Sequence record: PZ229304.1
DNA length: 64,000 bases
Direction: 5' to 3' (one strand)
Origin: a phage
The translations under genes were made by a program, and so were the position numbers. Numbering within the stretch: the stretch's first letter is position 1; every line of letters starts with the position of its first letter. Of the stretch, positions 45,358-53,655 are shown in pieces. Under the pieces are notes generated by a model. The model was not told the origin of the DNA and made no database searches. It saw only the letters and a program-made list of their open reading frames with translations.

Positions 45358-45795
45358 ATGAGTAAAACAAACGCAATCGCAGATAAAGCAACGGATGTAC
45401 TTCTGAACATGGTTAACGTCACTATTCAAACAATGAGTGATGTTGTAGAGTTTGGAAAACAACAAATTCCAGAAGTAATCCATCAATTATTAGTGTGGAA
45501 AGCAGTATCCGCAGGTTTATGGCAACTTTTTAGTATTTGCTTTATGTTTATTACTTTTATTGCTGTGCGGAACCTCGTAAAAGCAATTAAAGATAAAGAA
45601 TGCCTGTGGTCACGAGATCGCTATGGTGAAGTATCTCCTTTACCTATTGTTGGCCTTGTTGTCTGTGCTTTCTTTTTCTTTTTAGGATTTGTTATTTTCT
45701 TTTCGAATTTTGATTGGCTAAAAATCATTATTGCACCAAAAGTGTATCTGATTGAATTTGCTGCTGATTTAATTCGTTCATCTCAACAAAAATAA
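45358..45795 (+). CDS. Membrane protein (hypothetical)
   Basis: 145 aa with several hydrophobic segments. Confidence 0.4.
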   Translation: MSKTNAIADKATDVLLNMVNVTIQTMSDVVEFGKQQIPEVIHQLLVWKAVSAGLWQLFSICFMFITFIAVRNLVKAIKDKECLWSRDRYGEVSPLPIVGLVVCAFFFFLGFVIFFSNFDWLKIIIAPKVYLIEFAADLIRSSQQK

Positions 45796-45806
45796 AAGGG
45801 GTTAAA

Positions 45807-46934
45807 ATGAAATACACGATTTATGGTGATATTGTAAGTGTAAATAAAGATATGGGCGTGGAATCTAACTATCTTCCACCTGGATTCTATACTGTTAGTC
45901 GTGATCCCCTTGGCAATTACTTTTTAAGCCGTGGTAATCTAACAGGTGTACCGGATGTTCTGTATGGTGAAACAGAAAAACGAGCAAATCACGTTATTCG
46001 TACATTCCATCGCCGGAGTGCACAAGGTAAAAATACAGGCTTGCTTCTGACAGGAACTAAGGGCAGTGGTAAAACTATGTTAGCCAAACTCATTAGTCGT
46101 GACCTTGTAGAAGAAGGTATTCCAACTATTATGGTTACTCAAGCCTACAGTGATGCTAATTTCATTGAACTTATTAGTAAGATCACCGACAAAGCAGTGA
46201 TTATTTTTGACGAATTTGATAAAGTATATGAGAAGAAACAAGATCAAGAAGCACTTCTCACTTTGTTAGATGGTACTGGCAGTGGTAATAAACTGTTTAT
46301 TCTAACTAAAAACAGTGGCTTTATCTCTGAATTCTTTCTAAATCGTCCTAGTCGTGTGTTTTATAATTTTAATTATGATAAAATCTCACTAGAAACTATG
46401 ATTGACTATTTAGATAAAAACCTGGATAACAAAGCACACTTGGATAATTTCCAAAGGCTTTGGGATGTAAGTTTAGAGTTGTCCTTTGATGTGATCCAAG
46501 GTATAGTAGAAGAACTTAATTTCTACCCTGATTTATCCTTTAAAGAATGCATCTCTATGATGGGCGTTTCTTTGGGTGGTGGTAATAAGTGGGATATCAG
46601 CAGCGTTGTTATTAATGGGAAACTTCAGAAAGTTAGCTGGGTATCTAGTTGGCATAACTTCACACCTGCAATCTTTTTAGGTGGCTCGTGCACACTAGAC
46701 GTGTACTTGTCATCTCCAAGTGATGCAGACTCTAAAGAAGCCCTTGCTAATAGCTCTTACGTGGTTTTTGATGATGAAGGAGATGCTCGAATTCCATTGA
46801 ATGCGACAAAAATGAAAGCAGATCTTATTACAGGCGGTAAAATCGTTGTGTTTAGTGATGATCCAGAAGATTCTTTCCGTATTGTTCTGGAACCAACTAT
46901 CACCAATGGTGCAACTTTGGCAAGTGTGTTTTAA
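45807..46934 (+). CDS. P-loop ATPase (AAA+-like), paralog 2
   Basis: 375 aa; collinear with 29630..30790 (GTKGSGKT, IIFDEFDK, LTKN, NRPSRVFYNF). Confidence 0.55.
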   Translation: MKYTIYGDIVSVNKDMGVESNYLPPGFYTVSRDPLGNYFLSRGNLTGVPDVLYGETEKRANHVIRTFHRRSAQGKNTGLLLTGTKGSGKTMLAKLISRDLVEEGIPTIMVTQAYSDANFIELISKITDKAVIIFDEFDKVYEKKQDQEALLTLLDGTGSGNKLFILTKNSGFISEFFLNRPSRVFYNFNYDKISLETMIDYLDKNLDNKAHLDNFQRLWDVSLELSFDVIQGIVEELNFYPDLSFKECISMMGVSLGGGNKWDISSVVINGKLQKVSWVSSWHNFTPAIFLGGSCTLDVYLSSPSDADSKEALANSSYVVFDDEGDARIPLNATKMKADLITGGKIVVFSDDPEDSFRIVLEPTITNGATLASVF

Positions 46935-46948
46935 GTAAGCCAGCAAAT

Positions 46949-46975
46949 AAAAACCCGCTTCGGCGGGTTTTCTTG
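46949..46975 (+). terminator. Rho-independent terminator (AAACCCGC-TTCG-GCGGGTTT + TCTTG)
   Basis: 8-bp perfect stem with tetraloop and T-rich tail 15 nt after stop. Confidence 0.55.
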
Positions 46976-47008
46976 CATTAATGCCAGATTTAATAAGAGG
47001 AGTAGTAG

Positions 47009-48202
47009 ATGGCAGCACCAAAATCATGGGAACAATATAAAGAAGAGTGTCAACCTATTGCGAATAATAAAGGGATTGAGATCCTAGGATATGTTGAACC
47101 GTTTATAGGTTGTGATACGAAAATGATTCTACGCTGTAGGCAGGAACATGAATGGAAGACTTGTAGTATTAGTAATTTCAAGCACGGTAACAGTTGTCCT
47201 ATCTGTTCTGGTAAGAAGCCGTTAACATGGGAAACAGAATTGCCGATCTTGGAAGAGATAGCACAGAAGAAGGGGTATCAGGTGTTAGGGTACGTTGGAG
47301 AATGGAAAGGGAATAAAACAAAACTTGATTTGTTGTGCCATTGTGGGAATAGATGGCAAAGTACAGCAATTCATCAATTTAAAGGCGGTCGAGGTTGTCC
47401 ACAATGTAGGGGGGAGAATACAAGGAAGGCACTAACAATGTCCGACGATCAACATATTGCAGATTTCTTTTCTACAGGGAAATTTAAGGAAGGCACTATC
47501 TTCACTAACACAGGAACACGGAGTAAAGGATGCAGGCATAGTATCTGGATGGTTGAATGTCCTGTTTGCTCTCATGATGAATATGTTCAAGCAGGTGTTT
47601 GTGATGGTAAATTTTACTCTGAAGGAAATAACCTTAAACGAGGGTGCATTCCGTGTCGTTGTGGAAACTATCGGTATACAGAAGACCAGATCACCTATAG
47701 GGTAAAAAAGGAAGTAGAAGGGCAAGGGTATGTCTGGGTAGGTTGGATCGGTAAACCGTCTAGAAGTCACGGTAAGTTTAAATATCTTTGTCTTGTGCAT
47801 GGGGAACAGACAGGGAGGGCTAATAACTTATTAAGCCTCGGTCAAGGTTGTCCACAGTGTGCTGGTCATAATCAACAGCAATTATATATTAATATTGTTA
47901 AAGATAATGATATTATAGTGGCTCTTAAGTTTGGTATAGCTAAAGATAGTGATAGGCGATTAAATAGTCAAAATAGTTGTAATATGTTTTTTATGGAGCG
48001 TATTTGTTTATATGATTTTAGCACAGTGAAACAATGTAAGGCTGCTGAAAGAGCTATAAAGAAAAAATTAAAAACTGGTATTTTAACGGAAAGAGAGTTG
48101 AAAGACGGTTATACAGAAACAGTAAGTGTTTCTGATTTGGAAAATCTTCAAGAAATTATTACACAACATGGTGGCAAATTAGTATATAATAAGGAGATGT
48201 AA
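47009..48202 (+). CDS. Zinc-ribbon repeat protein with C-terminal T5orf172/GIY-YIG-like region (tentative)
   Basis: 397 aa; four repeats each ending in a CxxC pair (CPICSG, CPQCRG, CIPCRCG, CPQCAG) with a conserved GY.VLGYV / TK(M/L) / EW pattern; C-terminus QLYINIVKDNDIIVALKFGIAKDSDRRL weakly resembles T5orf172-type domains. Confidence 0.35.
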   Translation: MAAPKSWEQYKEECQPIANNKGIEILGYVEPFIGCDTKMILRCRQEHEWKTCSISNFKHGNSCPICSGKKPLTWETELPILEEIAQKKGYQVLGYVGEWKGNKTKLDLLCHCGNRWQSTAIHQFKGGRGCPQCRGENTRKALTMSDDQHIADFFSTGKFKEGTIFTNTGTRSKGCRHSIWMVECPVCSHDEYVQAGVCDGKFYSEGNNLKRGCIPCRCGNYRYTEDQITYRVKKEVEGQGYVWVGWIGKPSRSHGKFKYLCLVHGEQTGRANNLLSLGQGCPQCAGHNQQQLYINIVKDNDIIVALKFGIAKDSDRRLNSQNSCNMFFMERICLYDFSTVKQCKAAERAIKKKLKTGILTERELKDGYTETVSVSDLENLQEIITQHGGKLVYNKEM

Positions 48203-48754
48203 ATGCGGATTACTGATAAATATGTGTTCTTCTTCTCGGCAAAAGATGAATTTAGCAACTGGTATCTATCATCTTTTATTGAACCTTTAGCTCCCAAGTA
48301 TAATAATTCTATTACAAGTTCTGTTGAATTTACTTGTGTGGAACAATATATGATGTGGAGAAAAGCATGTTTGTTTTATGATTACAACATTGCATCTTCT
48401 ATTTTAACCGGAGATCTAAGATATACAGGAGAAAAAGAACAGGCATATTATAAGCGACTAGGTAGATTAGTTAAAGATTACGATGAAGCTACTTGGACTT
48501 CTTTACGGGAGAAGATTGTCAAGCGTGGTTTGTATCTTAAATACACACAAAATGAAGATCTCAAAAATAAACTTATCGCTTACGCAGATAAGGAGTTCGT
48601 AGAGGCAAGCCCTTATGATTCTATTTATGGTATCAAAATGGGAATGTGGGATCGTGATGTGGAAAATAAGGACTGTTGGAAAGGACAAAATCTTTTAGGA
48701 AAATGGCATACAGACCTTGCTGTTTATCTAAAAGCACAATCTGATATTTCCTGA
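48203..48754 (+). CDS. NADAR (YbiA/DUF1768-like) domain protein
   Basis: 183 aa; N-terminal FFFS...FSNWY.S.F......F..VEQYMMW.KA.LF.D matches the YbiA/NADAR signature as recalled. Confidence 0.55.
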   Translation: MRITDKYVFFFSAKDEFSNWYLSSFIEPLAPKYNNSITSSVEFTCVEQYMMWRKACLFYDYNIASSILTGDLRYTGEKEQAYYKRLGRLVKDYDEATWTSLREKIVKRGLYLKYTQNEDLKNKLIAYADKEFVEASPYDSIYGIKMGMWDRDVENKDCWKGQNLLGKWHTDLAVYLKAQSDIS

Positions 48755-48968
48755 TATTTTGAAAATTTTTATTTTTATAAAAAGGGGTGTGGGTTTCATG
48801 TACGGAAATCCACCCTCTGAATAATATATCCAGAGTAAATATTATTCTGTACTCTGTTAATAAAGTATTTAATTTGTTTGTTGGACTATGGTATCTGATC
48901 TTTAAAAGGCATACTATCTCTTAACTACTACTTATAACAGAACAGTAAAATCATTTTTATAAAAAGGA

Positions 48969-49170
48969 CAAAATTATTTAAAGTTTTTACAGATTTTTGG
49001 GTACAAATTTTGAAAATGAAAAGTTCAAGTTTGGTCAAAATTATTTAAAGTTTTTGTATGTATTTCTATCCAGATTTTGAAAATGAAAACTTCAATTTTT
49101 TAAAAATTCCCCAGTTTATTTAAAGTTTTTTTGCCTTTTTCCGTAGAAAAATCAAAAATGAAAAGTTCAA
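48969..49170. repeat. Three direct repeats (about 65-75 bp period) each containing TTATTTAAAGTTTTT and TTGAAAATGAAAA(G/C)TTCAA
   Basis: Units begin near 48969, 49036 and 49110; the second motif is itself a partial palindrome (TTGAA...TTCAA); region is non-coding and AT-rich. Confidence 0.6.
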
Positions 49171-49195
49171 TTTCGTGTTTTTATAGGTGTGCGTA

Positions 49196-49303
49196 TGATA
49201 ATCATTCTCATTTGTAAATGAGAATCATTATCATTTAAGTATGTAAGTGATAATCATTCTCATTAAGAGAATGAGAATCATTAGCAAATGAGAATTTTTC
49301 TCA
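49196..49303. promoter_or_regulatory. Cluster of five Fur-box-like 15-mers (TGATAATCATTCTCA and variants)
   Basis: Sites at 49196-49210, 49219-49233, 49248-49262, 49272-49286, 49289-49303; best sites match the 7-1-7 Fur consensus TGATAATnATTATCA at 14/15. Confidence 0.5.
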
Positions 49304-49567
49304 TTTAGAGAATAACGCGCAGGGGCGGTGTTTGTCTCGCGCTCCCGTGTCCCCTCGCCATACAATAAGAATAGCATAACCAACAACAAAAGCAAGCGAT
49401 TATTTTTATCTTTACATTTCTTTACAAATTTATTTTAGACGAGCTACCGGCGATCAACCTTCCAACCAGTGCCCCCTGGTATGTTAGCCCCGCCTTTACG
49501 CCGTGGGGGTGGCGCTTCCTCTTCTGTATGTAAAACAGTATAAGCCCGATCCCTGGGCTTGTCAAGA

Positions 49568-49834
49568 TTATTTTTTGTTTTCTTGCCAGGATAGGACACC
49601 TAACCAAAAATACATGTCGCCCCGCGCCCCTGGTGGGATCTTGCTTTCCCCGCCGCCACTGCAAGCCCATAGATAACCATTAGCGAACGGATCAAAGTTT
49701 TCTATTTCTTCCACCTTATGATCGCCCAGGTTGAGAACGGTTTCGACCTTTAAGCCCGTTGCGCTTGCTACCTGGTGCACCGTGCCGCCTTGCCAGCCCA
49801 ATGAGTGCATAAGGTGTAAAGTAGTATTTGTCAT
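49568..49834 (-). CDS. Hypothetical protein in GC-rich island (low confidence)
   Basis: 88-aa ORF with weak RBS; surrounding 49310-50050 is visibly more GC-rich than the rest of the window. Confidence 0.25.
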   Translation of the reverse strand: MTNTTLHLMHSLGWQGGTVHQVASATGLKVETVLNLGDHKVEEIENFDPFANGYLWACSGGGESKIPPGARGDMYFWLGVLSWQENKK

Positions 49835-49945
49835 GGTATCGCCCTTTCTTTGATGTGCGCCCTGGTTGGCGCGGTAGAAAGATAATAGCCGTTTCCTTTA
49901 TAGATAGCAAGCAAAAAAAGAAATGAAAAAAGATTAAAAAAATGG

Positions 49946-49974
49946 TTGACGTTCCTCACCTGGTAGCGTAATAT
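49946..49974 (+). promoter_or_regulatory. Sigma70-like promoter (TTGACG-17-TAATAT)
   Basis: Near-consensus hexamers with 17-nt spacer. Confidence 0.4.
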
Positions 49975-50206
49975 TCATCTTGTCGAGGGGGGCAAGGCAC
50001 AACGACAATAAACAATAGGCGGGTGCAATGCATGACGGGCAAAGGTGAGGATCTCCACAATCCACCGTCACAATAACATTACTTATAAAAGGTTGATAAC
50101 GATGATCAAGAAAGAAAATAGCTTGACGGTTGGAACGATTAACGCTATCATTCTCGCCGTTCCATTTTGGATTGTAGTGGCGGTTGTTATTTTCTAAAAA
50201 ATATTC

Positions 50207-50265
50207 TTGACAACGTTTTTTAATCTGATAAGATGTATCACATAGGGCGGCAATAGTGCCGCTCA
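50207..50265 (+). promoter_or_regulatory. Early promoter cassette: TTGACA-16-TAAGAT, conserved CACATAGGGCGG and imperfect 5' hairpin
   Basis: Exact -35; conserved post--10 motif; hairpin GGCGGCA-ATAG-TGCCGC(T)C; upstream of gene 50287. Confidence 0.5.
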
Positions 50266-50286
50266 TAACAGAAGAGAGAAATAATC

Positions 50287-50559
50287 ATGGCATCATATAG
50301 CGCATCAATGATCGTAGCTGGCATCACTGGTAAACCTATGCGCGGTGGCGGATCTTTCGCTAACATCAATATTGATGGACGTTTATCCCTGGACGCAGCG
50401 ATCACCGTGGCACGGGAAACGTTTAAAAAAGAATGTAATTTCAATAAACAAGATTATCTCGGTTTCGCTATTGAAAAAACCGCGCGATTTGTGGATTATA
50501 AAAGCCCGAAAATGATCGACACTACACTAAAAGCGCAAGATGTAGCGTTTTTGCTTTAA
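50287..50559 (+). CDS. Hypothetical early protein
   Basis: 90-aa ORF following promoter cassette. Confidence 0.45.
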   Translation: MASYSASMIVAGITGKPMRGGGSFANINIDGRLSLDAAITVARETFKKECNFNKQDYLGFAIEKTARFVDYKSPKMIDTTLKAQDVAFLL

Positions 50560-50562
50560 GGC

Positions 50563-50623
50563 TTGACACTGAAAAATACTTTGTTAATATATACCACATA
50601 AGGCGGGGAAATGGTTTCCCGCC
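50563..50623 (+). promoter_or_regulatory. Early promoter cassette: TTGACA-16-TAATAT + CACATAAGGCGGGG + hairpin GGCGGGGAAA-TGG-TTTCCCGCC
   Basis: Consensus-like hexamers; 9-bp stem hairpin at 50603-50623. Confidence 0.6.
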
Positions 50624-50645
50624 AAATCAAAGAAAGGGTAATGCA

Positions 50646-51008
50646 ATGAGCAAGCAAATCAATACTATCATGTTTAATCTGGTATCTTTCCGCGATGACG
50701 TGAAAAACCTTTCGCGTGGTGCAGTGGATGCACGGATCGAAAGCTATCGCACACAGATCGCAACGTTACCGCTGAAACGTGATCAACATGCCGCTAATAT
50801 GATGCTTGATGCTATGATTAAAAAGATGATTCAATGTGATCTTACTCTGGCTTATGAATATGCTGGCGATCTCTTTGTAACGTATAACAAGCCCGTTCCA
50901 GGTATGAGCACCACGGAAGAATTGCATGCCTTAAATCTGCGACAAGATGCATGGGATAACATGCGCCGTGTTATGGTATGGGTAGAAAGCGGCAAAATTT
51001 ACGCGTAA
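50646..51008 (+). CDS. Hypothetical early protein
   Basis: 120-aa ORF. Confidence 0.45.
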   Translation: MSKQINTIMFNLVSFRDDVKNLSRGAVDARIESYRTQIATLPLKRDQHAANMMLDAMIKKMIQCDLTLAYEYAGDLFVTYNKPVPGMSTTEELHALNLRQDAWDNMRRVMVWVESGKIYA

Positions 51009-51012
51009 AGAT

Positions 51013-51065
51013 TGACATTACACGAAAACCTGATAAGCTATCTTAAAGCGGGAATAGTTCCCGCT
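51013..51065 (+). promoter_or_regulatory. Early promoter cassette (TTGACA, weak -10) + hairpin GCGGGAA-TAG-TTCCCGC
   Basis: Exact -35 at 51013-51018; hairpin 51048-51064. Confidence 0.4.
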
Positions 51066-51083
51066 TACATAGGATAAAACTTT

Positions 51084-51230
51084 ATGAAACAATATGTAAT
51101 GAGTATTCATACCAAAAACGGCGCTACTGTTACGACTCCGGCACGGTTTGCACTTGTAAACCGTTGCAAGAGACTAAAACGAGAGCTAAAAAATAACCGT
51201 GCAACCGGTTTTAAACGCTGGGGAGGATAA
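51084..51230 (+). CDS. Small basic hypothetical protein (48 aa)
   Basis: ATG downstream of promoter cassette; below ORF-track cutoff. Confidence 0.3.
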   Translation: MKQYVMSIHTKNGATVTTPARFALVNRCKRLKRELKNNRATGFKRWGG

Positions 51231-51232
51231 TC

Positions 51233-51493
51233 TTGTTTTTTCTAAAAGTTTTTGATAATGTGATCGCTTTTGAACATGCTACGACGTTCGACCTGGCGAG
51301 ATACGCTATCAGGTTTAAAGATAATGTTTATCCCCGTGCTGGCGGCGGTTACACTATTTTTAATCATCGTAACGCTCAATTAACGGATATAACTAATCCA
51401 GGCCCTGGAGTGTATCGCATAGGCTGGCTACCGTCAAAAGACGCGGCAAGCATGTTTAAGGTATGTAAACTACTAACAGAAGAGGCGAACTAA
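51233..51493 (+). CDS. Hypothetical early protein (TTG start)
   Basis: 86-aa ORF; TTG 5 nt after GGGAGGA. Confidence 0.4.
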   Translation: MFFLKVFDNVIAFEHATTFDLARYAIRFKDNVYPRAGGGYTIFNHRNAQLTDITNPGPGVYRIGWLPSKDAASMFKVCKLLTEEAN

Positions 51494-51494
51494 C

Positions 51495-52049
51495 ATGGGG
51501 CGTGAGTATGTGATCCAGTCCTGGGTAAAGCATGACGCTAATGATCCGCGCATAATACCAGATGACATGATCGATCACATGGTAGGGTATAGCGGGGAGC
51601 AGATAGGAAATCGAGCGGCAAAGAGCAACGGCAACACAAAGGCGCGATCCGTTCGCCCTGGTTGGCTGGCAAATGGTAACGCTGACATTGCAAGCGCCGC
51701 AGATCCAAGCGATGACGCTAAAAATAATCCCTTGTACAGCATTGATCCGGCTTTTAAGGTGTTGGAAGAGTATCCCGCTAAATTAGCCGCACTAGATAAG
51801 GCATACGAAGAAAAGCGCATGGCATGGACTGTATACAACACCGCTAAAATGGTGCTAGATGCAAAATTGATTAAAGCCCAGGAGAAGATCAATAAACTTG
51901 TTACCATAGCGCAAGAGGAAGACCAGGACGACCAGGAGGAAGAGGAAGAAATCATGCCTATCCTGGAAGAGGAAGAGATCCAGCCATACATGCCGACGGA
52001 AGAGGAAAAAAGACAAGCCCTAAAAAATTACGAAAATTGTATTGTGTAA
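51495..52049 (+). CDS. Hypothetical early protein with acidic C-terminal region
   Basis: 184 aa; EEDQDDQEEEEE stretch. Confidence 0.45.
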   Translation: MGREYVIQSWVKHDANDPRIIPDDMIDHMVGYSGEQIGNRAAKSNGNTKARSVRPGWLANGNADIASAADPSDDAKNNPLYSIDPAFKVLEEYPAKLAALDKAYEEKRMAWTVYNTAKMVLDAKLIKAQEKINKLVTIAQEEDQDDQEEEEEIMPILEEEEIQPYMPTEEEKRQALKNYENCIV

Positions 52050-52052
52050 GGC

Positions 52053-52109
52053 TTGACATATGCAAACAAGCCCCGTAATATGTACCACATAAAGCGGGGC
52101 AACGCCCCA
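52053..52109 (+). promoter_or_regulatory. Early promoter cassette: TTGACA-17-TAATAT + CACATAAAGCGGGG + short hairpin
   Basis: Consensus-like hexamers; GGGGC-AAC-GCCCC hairpin. Confidence 0.5.
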
Positions 52110-52130
52110 TAAGGTGAAATAAAAAATCAC

Positions 52131-52158
52131 TTGACACCTGAAATCAGTAAGCTATAAT
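52131..52158 (+). promoter_or_regulatory. Perfect-consensus sigma70 promoter (TTGACA-16-TATAAT), tandem to the cassette 75 bp upstream
   Basis: Both hexamers identical to consensus with 16-nt spacer; 37 nt upstream of ATG at 52196. Confidence 0.6.
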
Positions 52159-52195
52159 GCTTATATAGATTGAAACATTACTAAGGAATAAAAGC

Positions 52196-52375
52196 ATGGC
52201 TATTATTGCAAAGACTGAGATCGTAGGTTTAGATTCTATCATCCTGGCATATGAGGAAGCTATAGAAATGTATGTGGTTTCCTATGGTGATTATATCCGT
52301 GAATATAAATCTATTGATCTAGCTTTTGAATGTTATATTCGCCAGGTAAATAAAGCATACGATGATTATCGTTAA
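52196..52375 (+). CDS. Small hypothetical protein (59 aa)
   Basis: ATG after AAGGAATAAAAGC; just below ORF-track cutoff. Confidence 0.35.
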   Translation: MAIIAKTEIVGLDSIILAYEEAIEMYVVSYGDYIREYKSIDLAFECYIRQVNKAYDDYR

Positions 52376-52470
52376 AAGTTTTAGTCTTGTGCTATTGACA
52401 ACGAACGATAGTACAAGCATAATAACTTTTATCGGGAATACTCCTAACTAATCAAAAGAGATTAAAGACT

Positions 52471-52836
52471 ATGGCTAAAAATATCAATGTTTCTGCTTAT
52501 GCTACCCTGGCTAACACTGCTAAAATTGAACTATCCAGCATTGAAGCGGTACATATTAGCGCCCGTCGCTGGTTTCAAAAGTCTTATGGTAATACTTATT
52601 TCTCTTTGATGGTTGACGTTGAGATCGGCGGTAAACTGATTGAAGTCGTTAACGTTCCGTTTCAATATGGCTACGGGGATCATTTTGATACCGTTGCCCT
52701 AGAAGAGTTTAGCAAGGTTATCAACCTGGAAGGTAAAGACTTTTCAAATTATGCTTACCTTTCCCGCTTTTGCCGTGATAATGGGATCGCTGTATACAGT
52801 CATGCAAGCGATGTTAAACGTAAAAAAGATTTATAA
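52471..52836 (+). CDS. Hypothetical early protein
   Basis: 121-aa ORF with RBS. Confidence 0.45.
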   Translation: MAKNINVSAYATLANTAKIELSSIEAVHISARRWFQKSYGNTYFSLMVDVEIGGKLIEVVNVPFQYGYGDHFDTVALEEFSKVINLEGKDFSNYAYLSRFCRDNGIAVYSHASDVKRKKDL

Positions 52837-52842
52837 AAAGCA

Positions 52843-52901
52843 TTGACAGCACGAATAAAAAGCATATAATACTTATATCGAGAGCGGGAATAGTTCCCGC
52901 C
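52843..52901 (+). promoter_or_regulatory. Early promoter cassette: TTGACA-16-TATAAT + hairpin GCGGGAA-TAG-TTCCCGC
   Basis: Consensus hexamers; hairpin 52884-52900. Confidence 0.6.
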
Positions 52902-52924
52902 TCACTGAAAAAGAGATTAACATC

Positions 52925-53164
52925 ATGGCTAAATCTAAAATGTACAACGGTCACAAAAATAAAACTCATTGGAATGTAAGCCTTTGGATCAACAATGATG
53001 AAGGTTTTTATAATCTTGCACGTGAATTTATTGCAGCTAACACCAATAAGAATGACGCAGCGCGTGATATGATGCTATTTCTTGAAAGTATGGATCAAGA
53101 TAAAACGCCAGACGGTTACAAGTTCAGTAAAACTGCAATCCGCGCCGCGATGGTTGGAATGTAA
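52925..53164 (+). CDS. Hypothetical early protein
   Basis: 79-aa ORF. Confidence 0.45.
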   Translation: MAKSKMYNGHKNKTHWNVSLWINNDEGFYNLAREFIAANTNKNDAARDMMLFLESMDQDKTPDGYKFSKTAIRAAMVGM

Positions 53165-53259
53165 AGGAGACATAAAAATGAAACATCGTTCGACCTATCT
53201 CACAAAACGTTTTAGCTTAGATCATAAATTGGGCTATTACGGAAGAAATAGAAAATAAT

Positions 53260-53319
53260 TTGACAACGTTTTAAATTAGTGTAATATATATCACATAGGG
53301 CGGGAAATGGTTTCCCGCC
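53260..53319 (+). promoter_or_regulatory. Early promoter cassette: TTGACA-16-TAATAT + CACATAGGGCGGG + hairpin GGCGGGAAA-TGG-TTTCCCGCC
   Basis: Consensus-like hexamers; 9-bp stem at 53299-53319. Confidence 0.6.
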
Positions 53320-53341
53320 AAATCAAAGAAAGGTTATCATT

Positions 53342-53569
53342 ATGGCTATCGTTATTGTTCGCGTATCCGGTACGGTTGGAATCTCTCAGGTAGTAGCAGT
53401 TATCACAGAGAAGAAAGGAGATGATCTTCACTCCTCCTTGAATAGCTGGGCGGTCGCTAATTTTGGGCAATGGTCGAGCGTTGAGTACATCGAATCCTAC
53501 CAGGTGCCAACGATTAGCCTGACCGATCTGAATGTTGATCGCTTGTTGTGCCTGGATCAATTAAATTAA
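53342..53569 (+). CDS. Hypothetical early protein
   Basis: 75-aa ORF. Confidence 0.45.
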   Translation: MAIVIVRVSGTVGISQVVAVITEKKGDDLHSSLNSWAVANFGQWSSVEYIESYQVPTISLTDLNVDRLLCLDQLN

Positions 53570-53577
53570 AAATAATA

Positions 53578-53635
53578 TTGACAAGATAACTAAAATCAGT
53601 AAAATGTAATGCATAGGGCGGCACTATTGCCGCCC
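53578..53635 (+). promoter_or_regulatory. Early promoter cassette: TTGACA-16-TAAAAT + GCATAGGGCGG + hairpin GGGCGGCA-CTAT-TGCCGCCC
   Basis: Perfect 8-bp stem at 53616-53635. Confidence 0.55.
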
Positions 53636-53655
53636 TAGTGAGAGAGATTATCAAA

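Noticed and set aside
48969-49303. Possibility that the direct repeats and GATAAT repeats form a CRISPR array
   Set aside because: Repeat units are long (about 65 bp) or overlapping 15-mers without uniform spacers, highly AT-rich, and no cas genes are present; iterons or operator sites fit better.
49934-50266. 110-aa minus-strand ORF in the GC-rich island
   Set aside because: Overlaps two plus-strand promoters, has no RBS, and its translation is Cys/Pro-rich and unlike neighbouring proteins; probably spurious.
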